Source of the DNA: Schmidtea nova
Taxonomy: Eukaryota
DNA: 64,000 nucleotides
Reading direction: 5' to 3'
NCBI GenBank assembly: GCA_044892505.1
Contig: CM097883.1
Span: forward strand, 155,124,001 to 155,188,000
Shown here piece after piece: positions 23,344 to 33,576 of this stretch. Positions within the stretch are counted from its first letter, which is position 1; every line of letters begins with the position of its first letter. The notes beneath the pieces are model-generated. The model had not been told where the DNA came from and ran no database searches. It worked only from the letters and a program-made list of their open reading frames with translations. Made by a program: the position numbers and the translations under genes.

Positions 23344-24019
23344 TTTGGAATTTAGGCGACTATGCACCTAACATGGGGTAATTGCACATAGGGTATTTGC
23401 AATTTAGATTGTGATTTTGTTGGGAAACTTCGTGTAATTGATAAGTTGAGAAATCAGCGTGATTCCACATGCATAGAACGTAACTAGAATAGTGATTTTT
23501 ACTAGCATAATTTTCCGACACGATATGGGTTGAATTTAGCGATAGTAGAGACATCGGATAAAGGAATTCGAGTAACCATCCAGAGTGTCACATCACGACC
23601 ACTTCAACAAGGATATTTTCGAGGGTAGGAATTGATACGTTTGAGGCAGTAACAATATTCAATTGTACCGAACTCCCATAAAGGTAGTTAAAATTAGATA
23701 AATGAATGTCGTGAATATTAATGCAAGTGACACAGGATAATTTTTTCGAATTAGTCTAATTGTTTGAGTATACATAGACAAATACCGAGATCGATAATGA
23801 GTGATTACCAGCAGTATGGGACGAATAGTGTCAGCACACATTTTAGCAAGAGATACAAAATATTTAGATCGATCCCAGTGTGGTAATATGGTTAATTATC
23901 GTGACAATTAAGGTGACAATTTCGTTTAATTTTTCGTTTATAAATATTTTTGGGATTGTAGAATATTTAAAAAATGGAACAAAGTGTTCATTAGTCTAAG
24001 CACACTATCTATTTTCGAA

Positions 24020-24468
24020 ATGGCAAGATTGACGCGCCGACACATTGGCCGCTCAAGGACATCCCGTCAGTCGTCAGCGATGAAATCAACTACCACGTGA
24101 GGATGCGGCGACAGGAATTCCTCCAGCCAGCCACGTTCGGTCTCTGGAAGCTGGAGGAATTCAAAGTCTATTGGCAACGCTCCGATGATTTCAATTTTCC
24201 GTAACTACGAGATGACACCCACACACCGAGATGGTTAATCTATTTCCAGCCTATTGGGATGCGAAAGCTAAACGAGTTGGGTTATATTCTGCTGGACAAG
24301 CCCCGCCATCTCCGAACTGGCAAGAGCATAGGATATTCGAACCTTCCATTTAAGTTTCAGAAGAAAAGAGGCATCTCAAAAGAGAGCCGACAATTTGAGT
24401 GCAGGTGCATTTACACACGAAGAACCCCACGAGAATTGAATAGGGAAGATCATCGCTGTGTAAAATAA
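24020..24468 (+). pseudogene. Third, distant member of the PLKxIP family, in the opposite orientation, with one internal TAA
   Basis: My translation: NGKIDAPTHWPLKDIPSVV..ATFGLWKLEEFKVYWQRS..*..HTPRWLIYF..LGYILLDKP. It aligns loosely with LPLKYIP / FSLL..ITWHGS / IPGRFRIYY..FVMDPAP. Confidence 0.5.
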
Positions 24469-25318
24469 CGAAAAGCATGATCAAAGAATAAAATTGATAT
24501 CAGAATAAAGAAAATAATTTATTAAAATGTTATAGGAAAAATCCCCATTGAAATATTGGAATAATAACAGAGATAGGAATAAAAATAGGATAAATTAAAT
24601 TTGATTGTTTTAATCAATCAATTAATAAACAAAAATCAATGGATACACACATTATTTGACGGAATTAAAAACAAATATTTTAGAAATAAATAAATCAAAT
24701 TATAAAATAAAAATTACAAAAAATAAATAAATAATCAGTTATTAAAGCTAATAAATTAAGTTTAATAGTTACTATAAGTTTATATTTTCGAGTGTTAATG
24801 TAAAGGGATATCAAATGCTTATGTGTGTTATAATTATTTAGATGTTTAGAAAATTGTTGGCGTGTCGTATTAGAAATAACTTTCCATTATTAGTCTTCTA
24901 GGATCATCGGTTGTCATCCTCTCCTATCTATGCTCTCACTAGGGTTCGACACACACCCGTAAATACCCTATTTATTTACGTTGGTGCTGTGTATGACGGC
25001 CGACCGCAAATCGACAGGTGAGCTCCTTCACAGGAACTACTCTCGATTTGTCGTTTGTTCAGGTTCTACCAGACCGATAAATGATCATTTTCTTTTCTTC
25101 TCCTCACACTTTCGCTGGTCACTACTTTCGCGTGGCGTTCGTCAATCTATGATTTAACTCTCGCTACTCTTTGTTCGTTGGAAAACCTTATGAAAAGTCC
25201 CTACCACTACGTTTATTAGTTATAAAAGAATTCAAATCAAAACATAACGAATTATTAAACTTTACATATAATGGTTCATTGATTAACACATTACAACAAT
25301 TATCACATTTCTGTCCTT

Positions 25319-25765
25319 TTACTGTTTGGGGATCATTGATGACGTTCGGTTCTGTTGCTCCTCAAATCGCGGCTTGGCCCTGTGCCGACGTTTCCTTTTC
25401 TCCTGTTGGGTATCTTGGACTGCTACCTCAGCATTCGGTCCATGCACGTTCTCTGGATACCATTCAGTAAAGGTGATCGGTCTAATCAGCCCTTCTGACT
25501 CCGTCATCACAAATTTCTGCGTCAGATGTTTTTTACAATTCTTTAGCTCCATCTGTACTGCGGTCAACTACAATCGACAGTCGTCCAATGCCCTGGTTGT
25601 TCGCAGAAACTTATTCACTATCTTCATTTCTCCCGGGGAGAATAATTTCCCCTCCAAATATAGGATTCGTCGCTTTAGACTCTCAATAGTGCGGAGAAAA
25701 GCTTTAGAGTCTTCTTTCTCCAACAACTCTGTCTGGTGGTTGGCTTGAATTGATCGTTGGCACAA
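25319..25765 (-). pseudogene. LTR-encoded coiled-coil/basic ORF (LIRP family) split by one TAG at 25568-25570
   Basis: LKRRILYLEGKLFSPGEMK..RALDDCRL*LTAVQMELKNCKK..LIRPITFTEW..EKRKRRHRAKPR. Confidence 0.75.
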
Positions 25766-26112
25766 TTATCACTAAAAACGATTATAGTTACTTAACTGTT
25801 AAGCGCGGTTCTTCCCCTTCAGCTTGATATCCAACCCTTAAGGTCGCTCGGGTTTTATAAATAACTGAACCGGAGAGTCTATAGAAGCTCCGCGTTCCAC
25901 TTGACGGTAATTGCTACCTCCTACAGTCGGTACAACTAATTGACCGTTCTATAATACGTTATTATAGCTACTACACACAATAAATTGAACATTAATTTAC
26001 AATAATAATAACGAAATAAGACACAGAATCTAATATTTTGGTATCAAAAACACAAATCACGATGTTACATCCATACACACAAACTATAACGTTCGTTTCT
26101 TCCTTTGTGGAA

Positions 26113-26565
26113 TCAAGCAATGTAAGGACTATATGGTAAGTCTGTGGGGTTATCAGACGGTGCGGGACTCAGGACGAATCGTCCCATCTGCCAGAGGTCT
26201 TCTTGAGGAATTGCCCCTGCATATTGTATTAGATATCTTCCCGGGATTTCAGTTGGGGTTTCTACAAAAAACAACGGACAATCTGGTGGGCACTCTTGAT
26301 CTATATTTATCGGCCACTCCTGGCTCCCATGCCAGATGACCGTATAGGGGCTATCACGAAATAGGCTGAAAGATGCGGTCTGCTCCGTACTCTCGAATGT
26401 CCTCGGGTGGTTCTCCAATATTTCTCGGGCAAGGTCCGTTGGGATACACTTCAACGGCATCGCCAGAATCAGGTGATTGTTATAATTGTCTGAAGTATGC
26501 TCGTTCCTCGTGGCAGATGCCTCTCCAGTTGCCGGATTTAATCGTAATGACGTATAACTATTCAT
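26113..26565 (-). CDS. LTR-encoded PLKxIP-family protein (likely ATG at 26565)
   Basis: Homologous to 15968-16516. The ATG is preceded by TTTATAG|G. Confidence 0.7.
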   Translation of the reverse strand: MNSYTSLRLNPATGEASATRNEHTSDNYNNHLILAMPLKCIPTDLAREILENHPRTFESTEQTASFSLFRDSPYTVIWHGSQEWPINIDQECPPDCPLFFVETPTEIPGRYLIQYAGAIPQEDLWQMGRFVLSPAPSDNPTDLPYSPYIA

Positions 26566-27401
26566 CCTATAAACAAATATTAATAATAATTTAAATGAGT
26601 TTCTACTTAAGTACTCTCGATGATTTATGGGCAAACGGTAAATTAGAATAAACGTTAAGCGATACTTAGGTCCCCTTGTCCTAACGTTGGGATACCTGTA
26701 AACTCGGTAAACTCGATTTTTACAGTACCTAAATAAAATGGATATTGGATTTTCAAAAAAAGGGATTCTGTCGGTTCTGGATTGGGTTAAAACAAAAATA
26801 GTAAATTAAACAAAACGCTCTAGGGATTCCTCCATCCAAGACCTAACATAAAAAGCTTACATATCCACGAGCACCCTCGATCATTTCCCTGTAATAATCG
26901 AGTTGGAAATGTGCAAGGTGTTTGAACAATGATGGGCAGGTGAGCTCTATTGCTAAAACTACTCCCCATTTATGTTCACGGGTTCGTCTCGCTGCCGATA
27001 GAAGGACTTACGCTTTAACTTTAATCTATCCGCCTCCATTATCTTTCATTTTAATGTTTCTTTTAGCCCCCTTTCTTTACAATATTTTTCAACTTTCAAC
27101 TTTTGTTTCAGCCCCTTTCTTTACAATATCTTTCAACTCTCAACTTTTCTTTCAGCCCCCTTCTTTACAATATCAACAAATAATCTCTAATCAATTACAA
27201 TTTATTATCTCTTTAATGTTTCTATTGTTTATTAGATTTATGTTAATCTTATTGTTAATTCTAATGTATAGTTAATTTATTCTATATTTTCCTTTAAATT
27301 ATTTTAAATTTTTAATAAATCACATTATTTTCTATACTTTACCATAAAATAAATACAAACAAAAATTATTTAATAAGCAAAATTCACAAATCACAAAATT
27401 T

Positions 27402-27995
27402 CTAATCAAAATATTTAGTAATGTCTTCATCCGATATTGCAAAGTTCATGGTTAGATCAATCTCGGGAATTTCTTTTGATTGTTGTGCCAATTGCTGGAG
27501 AACTTGTTTCTTCCAGCGACGCTGGCGTGCTCCCATCTTGCTCTTCTTCTTCCTTTTACCTTCTGGATTTGTCGTGTTCTTTGGTGTACTTGCTGCTATT
27601 GTTATTGCACGAACCTGAGATGGTTCCTCGGTGTTTGTTCCTTTTGTGCATCCTGCTTTCTCGTCAGCCCAATGCTGATAAGTGATTGGTCGAATGAGCT
27701 GGCTGAGCTCCTGAGTTAAATACGATGCCGTTACAGATTTTAGACATTTCTTTAGTTCCATCTTCGTCGCGTCCAATTCCATTTGGATCTCCTCGTTGGC
27801 TCGCTGTGAGCGTTGATTTTTTATGATTTGTGTTTTCATCTGCTCTGGACTGAACCAGCTTTTCTTCAGGTTTGAGATTATGCCATCGGCTTCTTTTATT
27901 TTTTCCGATTTCCGTAACATTTCTTTTTCCAGGCTGCGAATTATCCTCCATGCTTTATCCAATTCGGCTTGATTAGTTGCTGTGTTGGCTGACAT
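27402..27995 (-). CDS. LTR-encoded 197-aa coiled-coil protein with a Lys/Arg-rich C-terminal motif (LIRP family), 3' LTR copy
   Basis: Intact in both LTRs; WFSPEQMK, LIRPITY, GKRKKKSKMGARQRRWKK. Confidence 0.8.
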   Translation of the reverse strand: MSANTATNQAELDKAWRIIRSLEKEMLRKSEKIKEADGIISNLKKSWFSPEQMKTQIIKNQRSQRANEEIQMELDATKMELKKCLKSVTASYLTQELSQLIRPITYQHWADEKAGCTKGTNTEEPSQVRAITIAASTPKNTTNPEGKRKKKSKMGARQRRWKKQVLQQLAQQSKEIPEIDLTMNFAISDEDITKYFD

Positions 27996-28730
27996 TCTCT
28001 AAAATTCAAGATGGTTTATTAACATGAAATTGGTAGTCTTGATTCGAACGATTCTCATACTTTTGACAGTTATTAATTGTTAATTCAGGAAGAGAAAATG
28101 ATTTACCTATTACACTTTCAACACTGTCGCTATGTACAGCGATCAGATACATTTATTTCATAATATATTTTATTTATTCACGCCTGTGCTATATACAGCA
28201 TTCAGGTTACCAAATTATTTAAATAAACTAAGATCCACTGCCCTATGTACAGGGTTCAGGATAAGCCATTATATTTAATTATTTATGTGGAATGTTTGAA
28301 CCTATAGCCTATTGCTGCTATGTTACTTGCGTAGTAGATCACTACGTTATTAGAGTTATCGATTTTTATATTGTTATTAAAAAATATATTTTGTACAAAT
28401 GCTTAACCGTGTATCTGCCGCTCTATGCCCACAAACCCCAGATGTGACAATCGAAAAATATAGGTGAACACTCGGTGAATCTCAAGGTAAAATCAGATTA
28501 ATAAAATCACAGCTATATCTGTCTCAAACTAAAATCAAACTCAACCCAACTATAAACTTATAAAATCAATTCGGTTATAAAATAAAAACTTCAACTGGCT
28601 ATACTCCAGTGAAAAATAAGGTTAGAAATCAAAAAATAAAAATTCCTACCCTCTTCACGGCGCTTTACACCGGTCGGACGGCCCAACTGTACGGAGCAGT
28701 CGTTTCTACTCGGCACAGTATGCCTCCATT

Positions 28731-29008
28731 TCACCGATTGCACGGTGATCGGAGCCCCTTAAATCATACGTAATTTTCTACTATAACTACGGTATATAAA
28801 TAATATATATTCGCCTCCTTCCACTGATTGCACAGTGGAAGAAGCTCGACCCAAAAATATTCATAAAAGAATGTATACTTATACGTATTTGTTAGCATTC
28901 TACCATAAGGTTGTCTCCTTCCACTGATTTCACAGTGGAAGAAGCTTAATAAAATATAAATAGGTATATAGATATCTTTGTCTCCTTCCACCGATTTCAC
29001 GGTGGAAG
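28731..29008. repeat. Four stem-loops with a shared hexaloop ATT(G/T)CA (second set at 40072-40349)
   Basis: TCACCG/CGGTGA at 28731-28748; CTTCCACTG/CAGTGGAAG at 28818-28841 and 28918-28941; CTTCCACCG/CGGTGGAAG at 28985-29008. Confidence 0.9.
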
Positions 29009-29140
29009 AAGCTTGAATACTTCTAAATTCAAAGAAAAGAATAAATCCTAGATAATATTTCATAAAGTTTATTGATAATCAAATAATGGCTAACAGAAAT
29101 CATAAAACAATAGTAACAAAATTATCAAAAATTCAAAAAT

Positions 29141-29290
29141 CCATACCTGTTAGTTTTTTCAATAAAATTGTCTCACAAAAGTTGTCAATAACAAAATGTT
29201 GAAAAATATCATACATTGAATTTAACTGAATCTGGATCAGTATTTATACTGACCAGATCAGATGCTGAACCAATCAGCGTGAAGCTGATT
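29141..29290 (-). promoter_or_regulatory. Putative LTR core promoter and major splice donor (CCAAT-like box, TATAAATA 29241-29248, Inr-like TCAGTT 29224-29229, CAG|GTATGG donor at 29146); same layout at ~40482-40630
   Basis: Motifs read directly. The TATA+TCAGT arrangement recurs in LTR-A and LTR-C. Function is inferred. Confidence 0.55.
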
Positions 29291-29824
29291 ATCAGATCAG
29301 CACAAATAATAAATTTTATTAACGTTAAAATCAATTGATTTTGTTGTCAATTGCTAGCAATTTGCTATTTTGATTTTTATTATTTTTTGTAATTCTACTT
29401 ATTTGCTTTACTTTCTTTTTTATTTAAATATAATTAAATATCATCTTTCTTTAACACTTTTACATTTTCCATTTACTTTCTTCTAATTTTGATATTAAAT
29501 TAATATTCTTTATTACATTTTAATTCGTTTTTTACTGATATTTCTCGTAATTATATTCATTTAATTTGTTCCTATTTTTTCTTATTATTCTTATTATTTA
29601 TGCTAAATGTGGACCAAATGGTGGATCCAACATCACTCGGGGACCCCTAAAATTGCGTCCCGCAATTAATTATACACTATTACTTGTACTCAACATTCAT
29701 AAAAAATTTTACGTTTGATACATAAGCATAAAGATTCACATAAGGTGAGTTTATTCTATACGTAATCACGAAAAAAATATAAAGAAAATTCAGATAATTG
29801 TTAATCAAATATTTTGTCAAGTAT

Positions 29825-30388
29825 TTATGGTTTATACAAATAGTTCATAACTCGCACTGGATTGGACTGGTTCTGTGGAATTGCTGGTAATTCGTATTGG
29901 GTTTGTATTCTGTTGAGCTGATTTCTCATTTGTCTTCGGGCATTGTCATCATGTGCTGTTGTTTGGTTGATGATTGATTGTTTTTGTTTAAGAACTTTTA
30001 TTCTGTATACTGCGATGAGAATGGTAATTGCGCAGGTTGTTGTACTAATTGTTAATACGATTATAATCGCAACGATCCATCGCTCTTGGTATTGCATTTC
30101 TGCTCGATGTAAATTCTTTATAGTTTCTTTACTTTCTTTTAGGGTTTTTCGAATCTTCTCTAATTTGTTATTGATTTTGCACAGGGTTTGTTGCGTTGAT
30201 ACTGGGTTAGGTGCTGTTGACAATTGAATTTGAGAGATTTCTCTGACTGTTCCTTTTAATAGATTATCTATTTCTTTATAGATTTTATCGGGTAAGACTT
30301 GTAGATTTTCTTTTGATATCGGACGGTCTTCTCTTTGTTGGGTGATCTCGATTACGTTTAGGATTATCAGTATTGCGAGTTTCTTCAT
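29825..30388 (-). CDS. Small predicted type-I membrane protein (signal-like N-terminus, coiled coil, TM, cytoplasmic tail) in the env position
   Basis: MKKLAILIILNVIE; TM WIVAIIIVLTISTTTCAITILIAVY followed by RIKVLKQK; tail contains YELP and NYLY. Confidence 0.7.
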   Translation of the reverse strand: MKKLAILIILNVIEITQQREDRPISKENLQVLPDKIYKEIDNLLKGTVREISQIQLSTAPNPVSTQQTLCKINNKLEKIRKTLKESKETIKNLHRAEMQYQERWIVAIIIVLTISTTTCAITILIAVYRIKVLKQKQSIINQTTAHDDNARRQMRNQLNRIQTQYELPAIPQNQSNPVRVMNYLYKP

Positions 30389-30461
30389 TTCACTTTACAA
30401 ATTTGTCAATACAGTTTGACATTGTTATTTTACAGATATTTACAACGAATTTTTCGCTTCT

Positions 30462-31565
30462 TTAAACTAACGACTCATTGGGTTCGTGAAAACCTTCATC
30501 TTGAGGTTCCACTTGGTTTGTAGGGGGTGGTAACCACACTATCGTGTTTCTCCACATTGTTACTTCGTCTCGATAGAAGTGTGATAATTGGATTTCTTCA
30601 TCCAACAGATATTCTAAATAGTTTGATTGTTCTGTTAATGCTTCGATCTGTTTTTCTAATTCTGTTATTTTTTTGTTTTTCTCTTCCTCTTCCATCATTT
30701 TTATTACTGCCTTGGTGATATCTGTCTCTTTTGGTGGTGTTAATTTTTGTATCAGTTTTTGTTTCAACTCTTCATTTTCTTTGGTTAAATTTAATAAATT
30801 TTCCTCATAGCTTTGTTTTGCTTCCTCTAATTTTAATAAATTTTCTTCATAGCTTTGTTTTGCTTCTTCTAATCTTTCTTTAGTTTTCTTTAATTCTATC
30901 TTCTTTTGAGTGATTACTCCTTGATAACCATTAATATCGCGCTTCATATCTTCCTCTTTCTGCATCCCTGCTCTGAGGTTTGCATCTGATTGTTGTTTAC
31001 TGAAATACAATTCTCTTTCCGATCTTTCAATCTGGTGCATAAGTTGTTTAATTTTTCCTGCTTGCTCTCTGATGAATTGTTGTCTCTTTTTATTCCATTT
31101 TTTGCTCGATATTTCCTGATAGGTTCTCTGTTCTAATTCCTCTTTTAATTTATCGATTTCTTCAAATAATTTCCAATCATCGCTGTACGCCGTTCTTTCG
31201 ATTATTTCTCTTGCTTTCGTATAAGATTCTTTCGCTTCTTTTTTCCAATATCTTGCTTGCTCGGTAATGGAGTACATTTTCCGTTCCATTTCTGTTCGTT
31301 CTCTCTCTCTTTCTTCTCGTCGTTCTTTCATCATCTTTTTATAATATTCTTTTTGTTTCTCCAATAATTCATATAATTCGTCTATTTTATCTTGACTTAA
31401 TTGCTTTAATCTTTTGGCTTCTGTTATTTGTTCGGCTTGTCTTTCTACTTCTTTTTGTTTGTGGTAATATGCGTGGATCCAACTTTCAATTTGTTCTAAA
31501 TGCTCACAAATAACTTCATCTTGATGTTCGGTTACTTCTTGTAAACTGATTTCGACGTTTCCCAT
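30462..31565 (-). CDS. Coiled-coil cargo protein of unknown function, 367 aa, with a 14-aa internal duplication
   Basis: E/K/Q-rich heptads; EEAKQSYEENLLKL / EEAKQSYEENLLNL. Confidence 0.75.
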   Translation of the reverse strand: MGNVEISLQEVTEHQDEVICEHLEQIESWIHAYYHKQKEVERQAEQITEAKRLKQLSQDKIDELYELLEKQKEYYKKMMKERREERERERTEMERKMYSITEQARYWKKEAKESYTKAREIIERTAYSDDWKLFEEIDKLKEELEQRTYQEISSKKWNKKRQQFIREQAGKIKQLMHQIERSERELYFSKQQSDANLRAGMQKEEDMKRDINGYQGVITQKKIELKKTKERLEEAKQSYEENLLKLEEAKQSYEENLLNLTKENEELKQKLIQKLTPPKETDITKAVIKMMEEEEKNKKITELEKQIEALTEQSNYLEYLLDEEIQLSHFYRDEVTMWRNTIVWLPPPTNQVEPQDEGFHEPNESLV

Positions 31566-31670
31566 TTTCTATAATTACAAATATTTTCAATCAGGCTACT
31601 TTTATTATTTTTGTTTATTTATCATTTTATATTGTTTTGTACAGTTTATTTACACGATTGTTTTCTCTTG

Positions 31671-33026
31671 CTACGCCAACCATCCTTTTCTATCTGCCTT
31701 CTCGTTCCTTTCCATTTCTATGTATAAGGTGTCCTCATACAATAATCCCCATATCTTGCTTTGTAATACAAAGTGTGGTTCTCCACTTGCTAATCCACAT
31801 TCTTCTGTTGGTCTGTTACTCGTAACTGCTCCTTTTTCTGTCGTGAATCTCTTTTCTATGGTTTCGTTTAAACCCCTGATTTTTATCATTACTCCTACTC
31901 CTATTGGCCAATCGATTAAATCGTCATATTCTCCTTTGCAAAACGCAAAAAATATTGATAGGTGTTTTCCCATACTTTTCCCATCTCCGTTTGGATATAC
32001 TTTCAATCTCACTTTAGCCCCGTTTTTCCATAAGTAAAATGGTGGGCTTAGTACCGCAGTTTTCTTGAAGCTTCGTGCATCTTCCAATTTATTTCGAAAA
32101 TCCGTTATTTTCCATACATAAGGTGCTATTGGTAAATCTTTTTTCTCATCAATTTCTTGTATTAACTTGTTATATTGCACTTTCATTCCTTTTGCTAATT
32201 CCTTGATGGCTATTATTTTCTTTTCCATCTTTTCTCGGGTTAGTTCAAATTGTTCTCTCGTTTCTAATAATAGGTTCATCATTATTTTATGAGATTCTAC
32301 TTCCTTTTCTAATTTCTGAATTGTTCTATCCGTCATTTCAATATGATTGATTGCTTCTGTTTCTAAATGTTGTTTCATATTTTGTTGAGACTTCTTTTCC
32401 TTGCATCCATATCTGTTGTAAGGACATTCTCTTGGTATTTCTGTACACTTTTTCCAATGTTCTCGTAATTTCACTTCTTCGGTAATTTCACATTTGTTTG
32501 GGCACACTCCTACATACTGTTCGCATATTCTCTCTTCTTTTTTATTGATGTGCTCTTCTTCAATTTTTCTCCTTGTTTCTCGAATTTCGCAATATTCACA
32601 TGCGATTTCTTCCTCTTTGCATTCATCTCTGTGTTTCTCTTTGTCTTTTAAAATTATCGTTTCTTTACACTTTTCACATTCGCTTCTCTTTTCTTCACAA
32701 TTTTCTATATGATTTTCAATTTCACTGATTTGTCCTTGCCATATGCACGGTGGATTTATACATTCAATTAATATGCTCATAATTTCTCTCTGAGTTGCTC
32801 TATCTGGTCTTGTTTCGTCTAATACTATTTGTCCCTCTTTACATTCTGGACATTCTGTTATTTTCTTTAGTTCCAACATTTGTACACATCTGGTGCATAA
32901 TTTACATCCGCAGGCGGTTTGCTTCGGTTTTCGTAATAAATTATTACAATATCCACATACAAATCTCTTGTTCCACTTTCTGTTTGCTGCTCTCAAAATC
33001 TCGACTGCTCGTTCCTCTTTATCCAT
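31671..33026 (-). CDS. Intronless full-length TRAF-like protein (RING, TRAF zinc fingers, coiled coil, MATH)
   Basis: CGYC..LLRKPKQTACGCKLCTRC..CPEC; ECINPPCIWQG; CPNKC; CPYNRYGC; YVWKITDF..SPPFY..KVRLKVYPNGDG..HLSIFF..GEYDDLIDWP. Confidence 0.93.
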   Translation of the reverse strand: MDKEERAVEILRAANRKWNKRFVCGYCNNLLRKPKQTACGCKLCTRCVQMLELKKITECPECKEGQIVLDETRPDRATQREIMSILIECINPPCIWQGQISEIENHIENCEEKRSECEKCKETIILKDKEKHRDECKEEEIACEYCEIRETRRKIEEEHINKKEERICEQYVGVCPNKCEITEEVKLREHWKKCTEIPRECPYNRYGCKEKKSQQNMKQHLETEAINHIEMTDRTIQKLEKEVESHKIMMNLLLETREQFELTREKMEKKIIAIKELAKGMKVQYNKLIQEIDEKKDLPIAPYVWKITDFRNKLEDARSFKKTAVLSPPFYLWKNGAKVRLKVYPNGDGKSMGKHLSIFFAFCKGEYDDLIDWPIGVGVMIKIRGLNETIEKRFTTEKGAVTSNRPTEECGLASGEPHFVLQSKIWGLLYEDTLYIEMERNEKADRKGWLA

Positions 33027-33118
33027 TTCTACAATAATACATACATTGATTTGTTCTTTGTTTTTGATTTTTCTAGAGTTTTATTTTTACATATATACAA
33101 TTTTCCGCTACAATTTGA

Positions 33119-33454
33119 CTATGGTTCGCTCGTTGAATCAGGTTCTATACCATTTTCTAATCCATTTATTACCCAATCTAGCCATTGACCTTTTGATTCA
33201 TCTCTTCTTGATAGTTGATTCATTTCCACTGTTTGTCTCAATCTCTGATTCTCTCTTGTCAGTTCTGTTATTATTCTCTGTTGCTCTTCTATTTTATGTA
33301 ATTGTTCAAAGATATTGTTGTAGCAATCTGCTAATATATTTTGCTTCTCTACCAATTGATTCTGTAGTGCATTGATTGATCGAACTAACGTTTCACATTG
33401 TGCTTTCCATCGTATAGTCAAAGTCATTTCGGTTGTTTCTCCTTGTACATTCAT
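33119..33454 (-). CDS. Small coiled-coil cargo ORF, 111 aa
   Basis: ATG behind a TTTTAG acceptor; heptad pattern; same strand and codon style as its neighbours. Confidence 0.6.
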   Translation of the reverse strand: MNVQGETTEMTLTIRWKAQCETLVRSINALQNQLVEKQNILADCYNNIFEQLHKIEEQQRIITELTRENQRLRQTVEMNQLSRRDESKGQWLDWVINGLENGIEPDSTSEP

Positions 33455-33576
33455 TTTCTAAAATACATTATTATTTTTCTCTTTTCTCTTTTTATATACT
33501 CTATAATACTAATACCCATACTATATACGGTAATGCTTTGTAATTTACAATATTATTTACAGTCATATCCCACCCT

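Larger units (their letters stand above)
26769..29632 (-). repeat. 3' LTR of element B (2864 bp)
   Basis: Direct repeat of 38109-40974. Confidence 0.97.

Noticed and set aside
23345-23878. Possible ZP-domain or other host exon fragment
   Set aside because: Multiple stops in all frames and only vague resemblance.
26922-27275. Plus-strand 117-aa LTR ORF (also 38263-38616) and minus-strand 99-aa ORF 28764-29063 as proteins
   Set aside because: T-rich low-complexity translation or overlap with the hairpins, and not conserved in LTR-A or LTR-C.
28814-29013. CRISPR-like look: ~33-bp palindromic direct repeats separated by unique 67- and 34-nt spacers
   Set aside because: Only three full units, unequal spacers, no cas genes, a eukaryotic context, and duplicated as part of an LTR. 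Treated as hairpin elements.
29825-31565. Calling these ORFs env
   Set aside because: No baculovirus F-like or retroviral SU/TM features (furin site, fusion peptide, conserved Cys pattern) could be recognised.
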